This document shows positions 1 through 14,100 of a stretch of DNA of 64,000 bases, piece by piece. Within the stretch, counting starts at the first letter, position 1; each line of letters opens with the position of its first letter. The position numbers were made by a program, and so were the translations under genes. The DNA is taken from positions 80,290,001 through 80,354,000 of the forward strand of contig OZ320316.1 in NCBI GenBank assembly GCA_976226885.1. Direction: 5' to 3'. This DNA is from Iphione sp. A-MEVVRFRX5. Taxonomy: Eukaryota. The notes below the pieces were generated by a model. The model did not search any database. It was not told the DNA's origin and saw only the letters and a program-made list of their open reading frames with translations.

Positions 1-226
1 TTTCCTGTGTAGAAGTTGACACGCCACTTTCAAATCTTAGTTCACTGCGCATCCCCACAAGCAAACCTAGCCCCCCCAAGCAATAAAATACGAGTCCCGA
101 GATAAATGTTCTGACATTTAGGCCTCTCTTTTACTGATTGCCTCGTCCAAAATGACAAATTTGATACACATTGTACAACTGAAATTCGCTGTACTATGAC
201 CTGAGGCTGTTGAATCACCATATATA

Positions 227-1380
227 TTTTTTTTTTTTAAACGTTTATTTCAACTGGAAAAAAATAGGCCATTGGCCTTACAAATCCAGTATCAGTCATC
301 TTTTACAAGTGCAACATTCACAGTACCATATTACAATAGTCTGATCTTACATCACAGTTTATCATATGCATGATGATAGAAAATACAGAACGATACAATG
401 TAGCAACATGTGATTTGATATGATGTTCTGATGAGATGAGATGTTGGTGAAATATTGCACATGGCCCAGAATTTGGTAAATTTCTCGGTTAGTTGTACGA
501 TTCCAGTTGTGCTTTATTTTTATGGTAAAGGTCAATTTTATATGTATCCAGGTGAGGGGGGAGCATGCTCCTATTTGCAGGTCATTTTCCGTCTTTAATC
601 TATCCACATTTTGAATGTTTTTAGGGGACCCTTTGGTTTTCTTGTTCCCACTTATTAAGTAGGAAACGTTTCAACTTCAATTTTGATGGTTTTTTCTTTA
701 CAGACAGGGGGAGGTAGTTCCAGACTCGGTTTGCGTTGTACCTTACAGATCTCTTCACAGATTCGAATTTTGGTCTAACTTGTCGTACTGATTCTGTCAC
801 GATTGAGCGAGTCCTGATTCTAGGAGTATTGTCATTGTTATTCACCATTGCCTGTACGATCTTACTGCATATAATCCAATAAAATATTCTTGCCTGATCT
901 CATACCGTAGAATATTTAACTTGTCATAGATAACTTCAATAGGAGAAGTCCAGTCTAAACTGCAACATCGTACTAGGCTGTCGAGTATCCTTGAGATGCA
1001 TTTAAAGCCCCTTGATGTTCTATTGTTCATTAATAAGAGCCCGTACTCAGAGTATGGAATAATGAAACCCTTTAAGGTTAGTTGGGCACTATTCCATGTC
1101 ATCATGTGGCGATTTCTCTTATACATCCTGACTTGCGGTTTCAGCTTGTTGATTATCCCTATCATATGTGATTCCATAGTTAAATGTTTATCTAATATTA
1201 CTCCCAGGTACCTCACACTGCTAGATTGTTTGATTTTTGTATCATCCTGGTATAGAGTTACGTTTGAATTTTTATACGCACTTCTCGAGTGTGTAAAAAA
1301 TATGAAGATGACACCAGCCCAGTTATCATGTCGGTCCAAAGGAAGTACTACATGTTCATTGAAGTATCTTTAAAAATAAT
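227..1380 (-). mobile_element. 5'-truncated, decayed CR1/L2-like non-LTR retrotransposon (RT C-terminal region, 3' UTR and poly(A) tail)
   Basis: ORF 842-1339 contains VRYLGVILDKHLTMESH (RT thumb motif). After a stop and frameshift, ORF 621-848 contains RSVRYNANRVWNYLPLSVK, the typical CR1/L2 C-terminal W-N-x-L-P motif. On the - strand, AATAAA (244-249) is followed by an A12 tract (T run 227-238). Confidence 0.85.
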
Positions 1381-2921
1381 CTTTGAATGATAACTGAAAT
1401 GGAGGAGACAAATCCAGCAAAGAATAACTACCATAATGACGTAATATATAAGGAGCCATGTGATCCTTTTGCCAACCAACAACTTCATGTACACATAGTG
1501 TAGGACCACACTGATATATTTCTACCGTATTTTACATGTACTCTCATGCGTTCTTTAAATGAGTAAGTGAACTAATTTGACTGAGTTAGTGTCACTTATT
1601 TTCTAATTTACATTTTATTCCATCGCTTACATGGTGCACACATTCACACAATCAGCTCATATGAATGTTGATATTCTACATGGAGAATCCAGAGACTCCA
1701 TTTCGCTCCATGTTAAACGGAAGGGATAACTACAAAACTAGCCTGTCGAGGTCCGGCTCATAGGGTATACTTCTGCAGGATCACAAGCTTCGGAAACTGT
1801 CCTTCAGTCTTGTTCTTTGTGGCTTGTCAATCTGTACTGTTGCACCCTAGGAGGCCAGCACTGTGTGGTAGTCCTGTGTTAATATATCCGAGTACCCTAA
1901 TAACAGCTCAGGTCAGTAGCATTTGCTCAGCTTGTGTGCATAACTCGGGTTCTAATCTTGCTCCTTTTAAAGGAATTCTCGGCCGTATAATTGCCTTACT
2001 GTTTTTGATTATTTCAATCATGAAGGGAGCTGGACTAGAAACATTTTCCATCCCCCAGCCATAGAAAGAGCGCCTGGGTGGATGCTTAATGGGAAGCAGC
2101 CATCTGCTAAATTTCTCTTTAGAACAAAGGAATTATGGTGCACTCCGTTCACATGAGCTCGCAAGCCTTTAGTTAGAATTGTACCAATTCTAAACTGAAC
2201 TTTTCAAAGCCTATCTCATCTTTTGGAGCCAGAAGGAGAGGCCGCATGTATGACTGGTATAATTAGAGGTTAGCCGAACCCAATCAAGAGTTTGAGAACG
2301 CGGCATGTTCTCATGGGAGTTAAGCCAAGTGGTAGCTGGTCATGATACAACTTTTATACCGAAGGAATTTTTAGTTTAAATAAGAGATGTGCGTGTATAT
2401 ATCAAGATCCCCACGTATATTTCCACACTTGTAACGAATTTATATACTGGAATCATTTAGATAAGTGAAGCTTATACCGAATAAGGGGTAGTTTGAGGAA
2501 AAGTCTTGAAATGGTGGAGATTATTGGAGGGTTTACTTGATCAGAGACGGCCGTCTAACTGGTAACCCCTCTTATGAATTAAGATGCTGTTTAATCTCTG
2601 AGGAATAAACGCAGTAGTCAGCAATTTCCCAAGGGTAATTCGCTTATACTTCATAATAGCAAAATGGCTCTGCAGAGAAATGCCTTCGTGTTTGCCTTTT
2701 ACAAAGTGCTTTCAATGATAGAACATTTATATGTAATATCTTGTTAATCATAAGTATGTGTATATAAAAAATCTGCGCGGATGTTTATTCTTATATTTAT
2801 TGAGTGTGGATGTAAAGGAAGTCGAATAATGTCCTCTTTCACATGACAGTATTGCAGACATCGGCAATGTAATACATGCACTCTCCATCTTAGCAAGAGG
2901 TTATAACCGTTTTTGTTTCAG

Positions 2922-3132
2922 GCGTCTTTTGGCAATTGGCCGATGTCCACTACGATGCCAATTACAGCGAGACAGGCTCACAATACAACTGTCATAACGT
3001 CGGCGCCGATGACAGCAAGGACAATGGCCGCTACGGTAACTACAGATGTGATGCTCCCTGGAGACTGGTGACCTCAGCCATCCAGGCCATGCAGCAGATA
3101 GAACCGGAGCCCGACTTTATCTTGTGGACGGG
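2922..3132 (+). CDS. SMPDL3: SMPDL3-like acid sphingomyelinase-like phosphodiesterase, first coding exon visible in the window (5' exon or exons not found)
   Basis: Acceptor tttttgtttcag|, donor GG|gtaagt. Translates (G)VFWQLADVHYD...NYRCDAPW...EPDFILWTG. Carries the DxH metal ligands and the WTG(D) motif of calcineurin-like phosphoesterases; G-x-F-W-x-x-x-D-x-H-x-D matches SMPDL3A/B rather than SMPD1. Phase 1 in, phase 2 out. Confidence 0.93.
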
Positions 3133-3185
3133 GTAAGTATGCTGTAAATGATATCGAGTTGATGTCACTATGTAGCCCGCCGTTT

Positions 3186-3235
3186 TAGAGAGGAGCCATT
3201 TTAAGAAGACATGTCGTGGGGAATGTTACCATAGT
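3186..3235 (+). repeat. Possible solo remnant of an Academ-type terminal inverted repeat in intron 1
   Basis: TAGAGAGGAGCCATTTTAAGAAGACATGTCGTGGGGAATGTTACCATAG aligns by eye at about 38/52 positions with the reverse complement of the element's right end at 47331 (TAGTCAGGAGCCATTTTAAAA...TTTGGGGAATTTTAGAGTAG). No partner end was found. Confidence 0.4.
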
Positions 3236-4025
3236 GCGTTGTTGTATAGTCCAGCATGTGGCGACAATGGTTGTCTATACATGTACATGCATTTTTTCCA
3301 TTTATTTACGTATTATTTGTACGATGATACAGTAAAGATGCAAGAACGGGGAGCGAACAATACTTGCTCTGCCTTGTCCCTGACTGTTCCTGCACCATTT
3401 ATAACGTTCTGTTGTGCACCCCGTTCACAAACAGACAAGGAAAGACGCATGTATGAATAATCAGCATTAGGCAAAAGGTGCAGATATAAGGGTGCACTAA
3501 ATGTAGATTCAGATCTGTCTTCCCTCAGCGCAAAATTCTGGCTTCATTGTTATTCAAACTACCAGAAAGGCATGCAGGGTTGCAATAAAATCTGTTGGTT
3601 CCATTAGCGAATATTTATGTGTACAGTGATCATCCTTCGCCTGACAAGGTGCCATTAAGTGGGCAGGGATGGAATAGGCTAATCAAGGTATGATATCGGG
3701 GAATGGACTAAAACAAATGCGGCGCATAATAATCTGGTGACGAGCTTCAAGCGTGTAGTGAGTTTGTATGTTCGTGCGAATGTACACTTACCTAGGAACT
3801 ATACATGATTCTGTTTGTTTTATCTAAACTTCACATGGCATTACTTTTCATATGTTTTGACAAAACAAGTCTTTTCTAAAGTATTTACTATCGTGCAAAA
3901 AAGTTGAAGAGAATTTCTGGGTCGGCACACAATGTGAAGATCTTCAAAGCTTGCCGAAGACACTCGGGCACACTGGAGCTAGTAGAAATTAGCCAAATAG
4001 TGAGAATTCCTCTCTGTTTTGGTAG

Positions 4026-4273
4026 AGATACCGTCCCGCACGTGCCCGACGACGAGCTCAGTGCCGCGAAGGTCTTCACCTTGGTCAGGAACGTAACTGA
4101 CCTGCTGCGCGACGTATTCCCCAACGTCACCATACTGCCGTCGCTAGGCAACCATGACTCATGGCCAGCCAATCAGGTGCCGCTCCCCACGGACAGCTAC
4201 TATACGGACATCTTGGAGTACAGCGGCTGGAGAGAGATGCTGGACGATACGACCAGTGCCACATTCACCAAAG
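4026..4273 (+). CDS. SMPDL3: SMPDL3-like phosphodiesterase, internal exon
   Basis: Acceptor ctctgttttggtag|, donor AAAG|gtacct. Completes WTG-D and translates DTVPHVP...LPSLGNHDSWPANQ...TFTKG, containing the GD and GNHD motifs. Phases (2 in, 1 out) fit both neighbours. Confidence 0.93.
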
Positions 4274-4955
4274 GTACCTCGTAGAGCGCCAGTCTTCCTG
4301 TCCTACATTTTTTTTCAGCAGAACCTTCTCTCTATAATCGACATATGCCACGGCTGCGAGTGAAAGAATATTACCTTTCACATCCTATTGAAAACGTTTC
4401 AAGTTCAACAAAGCCTGCTGTAAAAGAAAACGAGAACAATGGGGAAATATGGACGTGGTGGGAAGAAATTGAATTGCACATAACGTTTGCCTTTGCTCGA
4501 CAGGCATTTTGAAGTCTTAGCAGTGGCCCTTGATGATGTAACTGCTTAAGACACTAACAGACTCAAGAGCGCAGATTCACAGTACTTTGCATTGTGGCGG
4601 CTTGTATCTAGAAAGAACGTCTTATGGTCTATTCATGTGTATAATAGTGGAATCCTCTTTGACCAAGCATTGTGTGTAACCCAGGCGAAAGAAGGCTTCA
4701 TTTTTTCTTTCATAGTGCTTTCATAATGCCACTGATTTGATCAGCAGTAGAATATTGCCGACTCAAATTGTTGTCAGAGCAAATGTGTGTATTATACTTG
4801 CGTGAGCGGGAGCAGAAAAATGGGCCGGCGTTGACTTCAGGGGTTTGCGTGCCCCAAGTGTCATGTTTGCCCGTAAGGCTTGGCTCTTCCGCCCCCGGAC
4901 GCGATCAATCTGTAAGCTGTTGTACTGACACTCGACTTGGCCTCTCCCTCTCTAG

Positions 4956-5119
4956 GCGGCTACTACACCACCCTGCTACGACCAGGCCTGCGGCTCATCA
5001 ACCTTAACACCATCCTCTGGTATGAACAGAACCACTATGCCTTCAACAGACCCGACCCGGCCAACCAGCTGGCCTGGCTGGAGGAGCAGCTCGCCGCAGC
5101 CAGACTCGCCAAAGAAAAG
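4956..5119 (+). CDS. SMPDL3: SMPDL3-like phosphodiesterase, internal exon
   Basis: Acceptor cctctccctctctag|, donor AAG|gtagga. Translates GGYYTTLLRPGLRLINLNTILWY...DPANQLAWLEEQLAAARLAKEK, the ASM/SMPDL3 GxY...LNT...DPxxQxxWLExxL segment. Phase 1 in, phase 0 out. Confidence 0.93.
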
Positions 5120-8100
5120 GTAGGAGCAGTATGCGAGCACTGGCATTGTTGGCAGGGACCTGTGGACAGCGCTCCAGCTGCTCGCTGTATTGTCCCCATT
5201 TTTTGTTCTCGCCAAATTTAAATATTCGCGATCCTAGTGGTGGAATTGTTTAGGATTCAGCCCCACAACATTGTATGCATTGCACGTGTAAATGCTCTCC
5301 ACCGAATACAAAGAACACAAATTTCGAGATTTCTTTGGATCCTTTGAAAAGCAAGTTTTAAATTTTGCCGGCGAATTGAAATGTTTACATTTTGAAGAAG
5401 TGGCACGAGTGATCAAAATAGCGGTCTGTTAAAATCTTCAGATTGAGTGTTTTCCTATATACTTGTACTTTATATTCTATACATTGATTATGTATTAATG
5501 CACCTAGGATCTGAATAGCTAAAGAGTTGGGTTGGGTAAAATTCTACACAGTTTAGTAGGTTCATATCTGGCCGTAAGTTTGTTGCACGTTTGTCAGTTA
5601 ATGGAACAACATATCGAATCTACCACGGTCTGATATATGAGAGAGATGGATGCCTTTTCTCTAGTTTCGTTTTGTGGTTCAATGAATGTTTACCATCTCC
5701 TGTCAAAGGAAAACGCATTCACATCTAACAGTTCGACAACACATGGACGTATGTATGTGTGTACGGACTGAGTACCTAACTTGCAGTTTTACTTTTAGCC
5801 GTGCACCATTATTTTCAGGTACTGAAATGCGTAATTAGAGGAAACTACGATAGAATTGATGATGGTACATGTATAGTTTGGGAAAGTCGTACAAAAAGGG
5901 GGTTCTTAGTAAAGTAGAGTGTATGTATTTTCGCTTGCTCTAAAGGAATTCTTCTATGTTGGAAATCCAGAGCAGGAAAGAAACCATATTGCGTTTGTCT
6001 CCATTAATGAGTATTTCAGTTTTCTGGGTTTTTGCTCCAATTTCTGATGCATTGCGAATTTCAGACTGAGACATTTAATTGAAAAGGGACATTAGAAGCA
6101 GTGCAAGAGTCACACAAGATGACGTAATGAGGTACTTTGAAGTGGAAATATTAATACTGATAGATTTGTCTAGTTTGTCTGGAAGCTCGCTTAAATCCTC
6201 CACATAAGCGTACTGATTTGGGACCAAAAGGTCTTGAGCAATTTCCCCGATTGCCAGCAACATTCCTCAAAGTTAAGGCGCCATTTTTAATATTGGCTTT
6301 AAGAGTATAGGGAGGTACGGCAAGGGTGTGTTCCGTAATGAAGGTTTCCCGCCACTGTCAGGCGGCTGCGTGGGCCCCAAGCTTGGCAGCCCTCAGCAGC
6401 ACGGACGCCAGTAACCAGCTCTCGCCCACCTCGGAAGGAAATTGGATTAAAGACAAGAAAATGCCTAATGAGCGGTAGTGTTAATGTGATGAGGCGGGCC
6501 AGTAAAACCCCACCGATGGGCGGCATGTCGCCCTAATGAACCTGCTTCCATAGCTGTAGTATTACATTGCGCTTGGCTCGGCTCAGCATTGCTTGAGCAA
6601 ACTGTTCGGCATCGTATCTGGCTATATCATGGCGAAAGTGGTACGTGCCCGACGGACGTGATGCGATTTTTTTTGGCAAAGCAGGTCGGTTATAACAGAT
6701 GTTCTCCTGTAAAAGCCGTGCATTAAGAGAACCCGCGAGCCATGGATATGGATTTTAAATCATTATTTAAAAAAAAATTCCTCCAAAAACAACCCATCAT
6801 GAAAATATGCCTTTAGTAAGGCTAACAAATTTTATCGTTCGTGTTGGCGCTCATAACTATGTGCTTACAATTTAATGTAAAGCCACGGCTGATGGGTTCG
6901 CCCCACCACCTCGCGTTTGGAGGAAGAATTCATGATTGAGTTCACACAGGCATCAATCGTCACCATGGATTTTCGATAAATCATAAAACGAGAGCCCTTT
7001 TCATAGTATTCCGCTGAAGTGCCATCGAGGAAAAGGACAATATTGTATTGATTGTAAACAAAAACATTCATCACAAAAGTTGTTGCGATAAAGTGTCTGC
7101 CATCACACGGTTTTTCCATTTTCTGGCTGATCCTTGATGTGATTGTGTAAGCCATAGTGGAGGCAAACAAACCATTTGCATGTAATTAATTTTTTTTTGC
7201 AGTCTGGCCTTTCTTTCAGCGTTCCCTCGCATTATATTTGAAAATGTATGTAGATCAATCCATGCTGACAAATATCGTTTCCCGTCATTGTAGCTAGTTA
7301 TAGAGGACTCGATAGGTGTTGCAGCCCAAAGACTAGTAATTTTCCGTTCGTCGCGTTATTCTGGATTGTTATTTATCCTGAAATTTCATAGCATTAAAAT
7401 TGCGTCTGTCTTTTCGTGGTAGTTATGTCTGTGGGAAAAATACCTGTCGAGCTCTGGTACTGCCAGGCCATAGATGCTGGTGAATTATACATTATTTACT
7501 AGACATCGTTACCTCAACAGCATATATGCTGCACTGAACACGGACAAGCATACAATACTGTGTCCATTTGCAACATGCGTGGGAGCGGCATCGCAACCAC
7601 CTGCCGCGTGGAGCTCGATAATAAACGAAATTGGCATCTGTCATTGTTAGCATTGTTAGTACATTTGCTCTCTTATATATATATAATTTTTATATTTAAA
7701 TCTCGTTTGGCCCCAGACTTGTTCCTTTTTTTTCACGTCGACCAGATTTCAGAGATCACCTACCTCCGACATACATAGTCATATTTGGATATCATCGGAC
7801 AGTGAATATTCAGTGATAAATATGCAGCATTCATCAGCTTCCTTTTCTGTAATGCAAGCCTTACAGTAGGTAACTTCTAGCTAGGTAACCTGCAGTTGAC
7901 ATTTCGATAGTCACCACTACAATACCGTGTTTTCTCCCTTTAGATCATTATAGGTAATCCTGCAATGAAAATGAGTCATTTACATTCTTATAAATATTAC
8001 AATATATCAGGTTTCTTTCAGCCGCCGGTGATGGGTCATTGTTTATTACAGGCACATAAGACCATTGTGTCCTTAAGGCCGGTCATCCTTGCCCATTTCT

Positions 8101-11100
8101 TTGTCCACTGAAGACTGCATAGTCGTGAATAGTAGACATACATGTACTTTGCTCGTGCTATAACAGGAAGGACTAATACCCTACCAAGAAGTGAAAGTGA
8201 GCAACTTCTCGTTCTCCGTACATTTATAGTTTTTAGTTTTTTTGGAGAATCTGATGTTGAAATTTCACAGGTCCTATTCGTTGGGTATGTACCGGAGATT
8301 ACTGCACAAAGTGCTTGTATACCCAGGCTGAACGTAGGGTGAAAAGCACCCATGGAAATATTCTGCAGTAAACCAGACATATTTCTGTGACTTATAGGCC
8401 CCAATTGCATCATATATCTTAACGTTGTCGGGGTCTAGGTGGCCTATTGTCTGGAAGGCTGCGTCGAGGGGGCTACTTCGTTGATCGGGTGGAGCCTTTC
8501 AGAAAGATAAGCTCAAATAGATTTCGCCACCTGGGCCACCGACACCCTGAACTCCAATATAGATGCTCTCAAGACAGTCTCCGTATCGAATGGCGCTTCT
8601 TATGGGTCCACACGAGCCTCAGGGGTGAGTTGTAATCCGTAAGGCTCCATAAAGGTCTGTACATGCTATCAGGGTAGCTTCCAAAGGGATCTGTATCGGG
8701 GATGAGGTGTCATGCTCACATATCACAATGGTTAATGACAATATAGACCGTGGGGTGCGCTGGTGGAAAAAATGACTCCTTTTTTGACTCGCCCCATCAC
8801 ATCTTGACGTTCTGGCTGGCGTATTGCAATCCGTCTACCCACTCTTCCCACTGTCAGCTTAATTAACTTACTTATCCGCGCGTCTGTGAGCGGCTAAGTG
8901 GATGCCACCTAATTGGGCGCGAAGCCGGCGTCATAATACAACAAGGCACCGACGGAGGCAAGCCGCAATGCACTGGCCACCGGTTTCGCTGTGGCTTTCT
9001 GCAAGTTTAGGAAGGCGTCTCGTGTTCTGATCTAACAAAGCCCCTTTCCATTGGCCCTAGGGCTTGAAGAACAGCTGGCGCTTGTATCTTCAGCTACTAT
9101 TGCCGAAGGCAGTCATGTTACAGTATTGAACGCTTTCCCTCGGCCGAGACAGACTTTCTTTCCCTCCCATGTTTTCTTCGGGGACATTCTTGGTAAGTAT
9201 ATTTCCACAGAATATAACTGGTGACAATCGGGGCACATTAAAAAAACACCCAGCTTCAATTTATCGGGAGTCTATGCTGGGTAACCAATCGGAAGGGATA
9301 TTCACCGCTCGAATCCACCCTATGCCACATTCTATAGCCGCTGGCTTTGAGTGGCGCGACAGTCAGGTTGTATGTATTCGTTCCAGCCAGAGGAGCAGTA
9401 TACATGTATACCTCGCGGCGCCCTAAGCGGCCGCCGGGTCGTCCGCCTCGAGTGAAAGAAACACGTGGGTTTGTAGTTCAGCTCGACAGGCGCAGTTTGA
9501 AACTAGGAATTGGCCAGTGGGGGCTAGCGAGCGCGTTGACACGAGTGAATATTATCTGTATTGACTCGACGCCGTCTTATTGAATCTAGCCCTCACATCG
9601 CCGGACGCGCTCGCCCGGTGGACTGGAGCACATTTCCAGAAAGGTCGCCGATAAAGCCACCTGTATAACAAAAATGATGGCACCCAAGGGCGACCTTGGG
9701 AAGCAAGGAGCATTTGTCTTCCGTGTAAAAAGGCCGCAAATGGCAGGATGACCAGGCCTTTTCGACCTTGCTTTACATTTCGGCGTTCTTTACAAGCTTT
9801 AACTTTGCATCCAGCCCATATCAACTATTTGCAACCCGCAGATTCTAAAATATGAAACTAACAAGCCTCTTTTTATTGCCTGCCGCTTGGAGCTGGAGCG
9901 TCGTTTCATTTCTCGCTTGGTTAATCTATTATTTCCTATTTATCTAGCAAGGAGAGCTCTCCAATATGTGCAACTGCTGCAGCACACATATGGGTGGTTT
10001 GCCAGTTAAAGGGAAACGTTTCAGCCGGTGTACGTAATCTTAATTATCGATCGACAAGAAAAACGGGAGATGTAATTTGTATTTTCCCACGTACTCCTAA
10101 CGTATGTTTCGCTGTGTACTTGCCGCACGTTAAGGACAGTAATGTTCCTCACTCAGTTGTTGGTCACGCTGCTGCTAATACTACTGCACATTCTGTTCAA
10201 GAGGAGATTGTGCGCGAAAGGCAGTCACGCCAGGAGCCGCGCTGGCCCGAGTTGCTTTTATCAAATTACAATGATGGATTCAATGAGCAGGCTTCAGCGC
10301 CCTTCCTGTCTACATGGACCTCACCGCCTCGCTCGGTATAAGGGGTCACCTGCTCACCCTCATGGGAGCTGCTCGCTCCCACCCTGGACCACGTTCAGGC
10401 CTCACCAGCTCCATAATGGTCACTGTACAGCGGTGACAGTCACGCGCCAGATTTCTGCCGACTATAGCCTTGTTCTGGGCGTGTCTGTCATCTACAGGGA
10501 ATTAGGGATGACAAATACTGCGTTCCTGCCACCCAGAAATAACGTCTATAGCACTGATGATAACATACATTGATTCGGAGAAACTCATCTAGACGATGCT
10601 GTTGCCCCGTGTATGGTCCACACAGATACTCATCAACTGTTCAAAAGTTAGATTATTGTGTACTATTTTCTTACTTTTGGTTTTCGTGTTAATTTTTAAT
10701 GTAGAAGATCTCTCTTGAATCAATTTTTCTTACCCAGCTTGGAAATACCAGTTCACAAAGCAGTTTATGGTAGACATTATCAAACCTTCTCTTAAAACAT
10801 ACTGCATCATTATCGTTTGCTGGACCAAAAGTGGAATGCACACGGATCATCGTTTCAAATGGTGACGCAAATACCAATATTCGTTCTATAGTAAGCCACA
10901 CAAAAATTCGACGATGCCTCTGTGACTGTTGATCTAGCAATATTGGAGTGACAGGCCGGTCAGGCGAAGAGAGCGCCCGGATACAGGTAGACAAATTGTT
11001 TTCGGCAGGTGCGGCTAATATGGGCCATGACATTGGCGAAAGACAGTAAGGAAACGGTTTTCGAATCGGTCAATGTATCTTGTGATGCAAGCATGACACC

Positions 11101-14100
11101 ATCATGTAAGGACGCCGCCAGAGTTTGGCCTGCCGCTTGGCACTGTTAGATAAGGGGGAGCGTCCGGTGATATATGCGGTGGGCCGGACGTTTGGGCGCA
11201 GACCTGGCAGGTAGCGGTGGATTGGTGAAACGGACCGTCTGGCTTGATGATCGGCCAACCACATGGCCCATCAGTCCCATTTATATCTAATGTATCCACG
11301 CCGGTCTACTGTTTCAGCCATCCTTTCGCTTGCATGCATGGCACTAACGCAGGGAATCTATCATAGGCTGTCAGCCTCGTGAAGAGGCAAGACAGCCATT
11401 GAAATGGATGGCCTATAAAAGATCTGGTTCTTCGACAGACCGTTGCGGCGTATGATGTTGAGGGGTAATCTGTTTTGCTGGCAAGAATGACTTTTTTTAT
11501 ATTCACTCTAAACAACTAGTTTCAGAGAAATATCTGTTCTCATTTTATCGTCTGTAAACGGGGGATAGGAAGCTAAGGTCAATCATCGACAGAAAACGTA
11601 TCATCTTACATTTTGGGCAGAGCGGATAACGTAGGCAGTGGGCCCTCTCGGCTGCATGCTAAGGCCTAGTGACGCTGGCCTTTTAGATGTCTAGCTTCTT
11701 CTGTCGACAATTCCATTTCGGACGATTTCTAGGACGGCCTGGGTTAGGGGTGAGCTAGGAAGGAGGAAAAATTTGATATATCACGTCAAACGTACTCTAT
11801 TGATTTACGTGGGCCCCCCTAACACGGCCTTCTGCGAGAACATCAGAAGCCACACCCGAAGCCACTCGAAAGGCACATGGCTTCAGTGGATTGTAAAAGC
11901 CTGCTTGGCAGATAAGGTTGATCGAGATAGCTCACGCTGCCGTAGGCTTTCTACGGTGGCTCTGGTCATTTAAAAGCAAAGTATTGCTCATATAGTCTAG
12001 ATGTAATTTTGTATGCGTCGTGCAAATCAGTGATCAGTACGTGTTTTCCGGTCTATATAAAAGCAAATTGATTGATAAAAGGAAGATGCTGTAGTGACGT
12101 AAAATATGTTGTATGATAAGTCTTATCTGGAAAATATACTCGCTACATCTGATAATACAATAAGTGCTGTTTAGATTGCATGCGTACAAGGAAAAGACGC
12201 TGATTGAGACAGTCCATGCCTCTATGTGCCGCACCGGTTCCATCCACAAGCACCCAACGGTTCGATCAATAGATTGATCTAAGGATATGATTGAAATAGG
12301 CGAACAACCATTGAGCCTGCGATGATTGTAGTCACGCATCCTTTGATCTGGTTTTCTGTCGCCATATTTCGCGTCAACCACGTATATGTGGCCGATAAAA
12401 AAAATAGAAAACTAGTGGGCTGTTGTTATACCAAATTGTTATTAATCGTTGGCGAAATTCTATTTTTGAAAATAGAGATTTTCATGAAAAACACGAGCCA
12501 GATTGAAAATGGTCGGAAGGCAACACCACCCCCTGCTTTCAGCTTACTACGCCTAATAATAAGACTATATATATATAAGTTTAAGTATCCAGAGCTTTGT
12601 TTTCTGAAGAAGCAGGTCACAGTCTGTACCGTATATCAATATTTGATCGCATTTCATATTAATTATACATTGTGTGTAAAGTAGAAGTAGCCGATTGGTT
12701 ATGGACATCACACTCACGTCATGTCAAGCACACATGATGCCAACCATGGCTTGGGAACAATTGACTGCACGGTACAAAGCTTTGTTCTCATTCAGAGCAT
12801 TCTGTCTAGCATTGCGTATGGCTATCATAGCATCCCCATATTTACCTTTATAGCATGGGGCTGACTTGACAAGGCAGTGTTCTGCTTACAATTATGTCGT
12901 AATATAATTCTTAACAATGAGAACAATCTGGCTGCGAATGCATAATATTGTATGATTTTTGCCAGAATAAACAACGTTAAATATATAAAAGTCCATGTTC
13001 TTGCATGTTAGGACCCCATGGCACACGAGACAGCTAGGTTTCTGTGAAGACTGAGGGTCGTGTGGCACGCGGTGACGGGCGGGCTCACAGTGCCCAGTCA
13101 TTTTCATCCCTATCCTTGAGCTGCTCACTGAAGCCTTGTCAATATGAAGTTTGAGGCGAGTAGCTCAACCACTCAGGTGCCTATGGTCAAGTTCCCATTC
13201 GCCCCCCCCCCGAATTGACAGACACCATAACGCGGGTCGTGGCCCTAATATTAAAACCTGCCTCGTCGTTCGGTGGGTGTGTTAAGCGTTAAGATGGTCA
13301 GTGTAGAACCCCTGTCGACCCTTCCATTGGCCAGGCATTAGCGTCCACGTCCTCGTGGGCGCTGTTACATTAGGCGGGCTTTCACCTGGCATATGACCCC
13401 GCCAATATCGTCAAGTGTCGTCACCGAGAAGACCCTGGAGGAGGTCACGTGCGCCTGGGCAGGAGGAGAGGAGGGCGGCAGGAGAAGGAGGAGGAAGGCT
13501 GGCTGGGCACATGACGGAGTGGGGGGAAGCCTGGACCAATAATGGTACCTCAGGCCTCGGGAGGAGACCGCACGGCCAGCGGCTCCTGCGCCATCCCCCG
13601 CCCGTCTCGTGCACCGGCTCTTATAGTCAAATTGCGTTTCCGTGATCTGATTTGGCTATGATGTTGTTTGTCTGAAGGGAGCCCTAATGGATTCAGACAG
13701 ATAGACCAACTCCTTGAAGAGTGCTCTCCACTGTCTACTTCTTTCTCCCTCTCAGACATGGAAGACGCCTGGTGGCTTACAGACAGCCCCCTTTAGTTTG
13801 AACAATGCGTCTAAGGGTTCTTCTCTGATTCTACTGGTTGATTGATGATATAGTTCTTTTACTCAGATAATATCCTTTTGTGTCCTAAAGAACGGCCATG
13901 AACGCAATCCCCATTATGGGCTATGTATTCATTTCCCTCCAATCTCATAGTGGCATTAAGACATCACATTAAGCAACGGGCACAGCAGGGGCTCATCACG
14001 CATGTAATGTCTTTCAAAGGAAAGATGGGGTGGGAGGCGATGGGGTGATCTGATGAAGGGTGCCAGAGCGTGACTTCATTTCCTTGCCGCGTTCGTTTTC

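Noticed and set aside
996-1373. 125-aa + strand ORF with hydrophobic stretches
   Set aside because: Antisense to the LINE RT fragment; the hydrophobicity is a strand artefact.
1400-2921. Search for the signal-peptide exon of SMPDL3
   Set aside because: No ATG plus hydrophobic peptide plus phase-1 donor found; the donor near 1563 gives only TAA-ATG-A. The exon is probably upstream of the window.
6075-6263. LLAIGEIAQDLLVPNQYAYVEDLSEL resembling a VWA-domain C-terminus
   Set aside because: Short, no MIDAS motif upstream and no splice support; likely chance.
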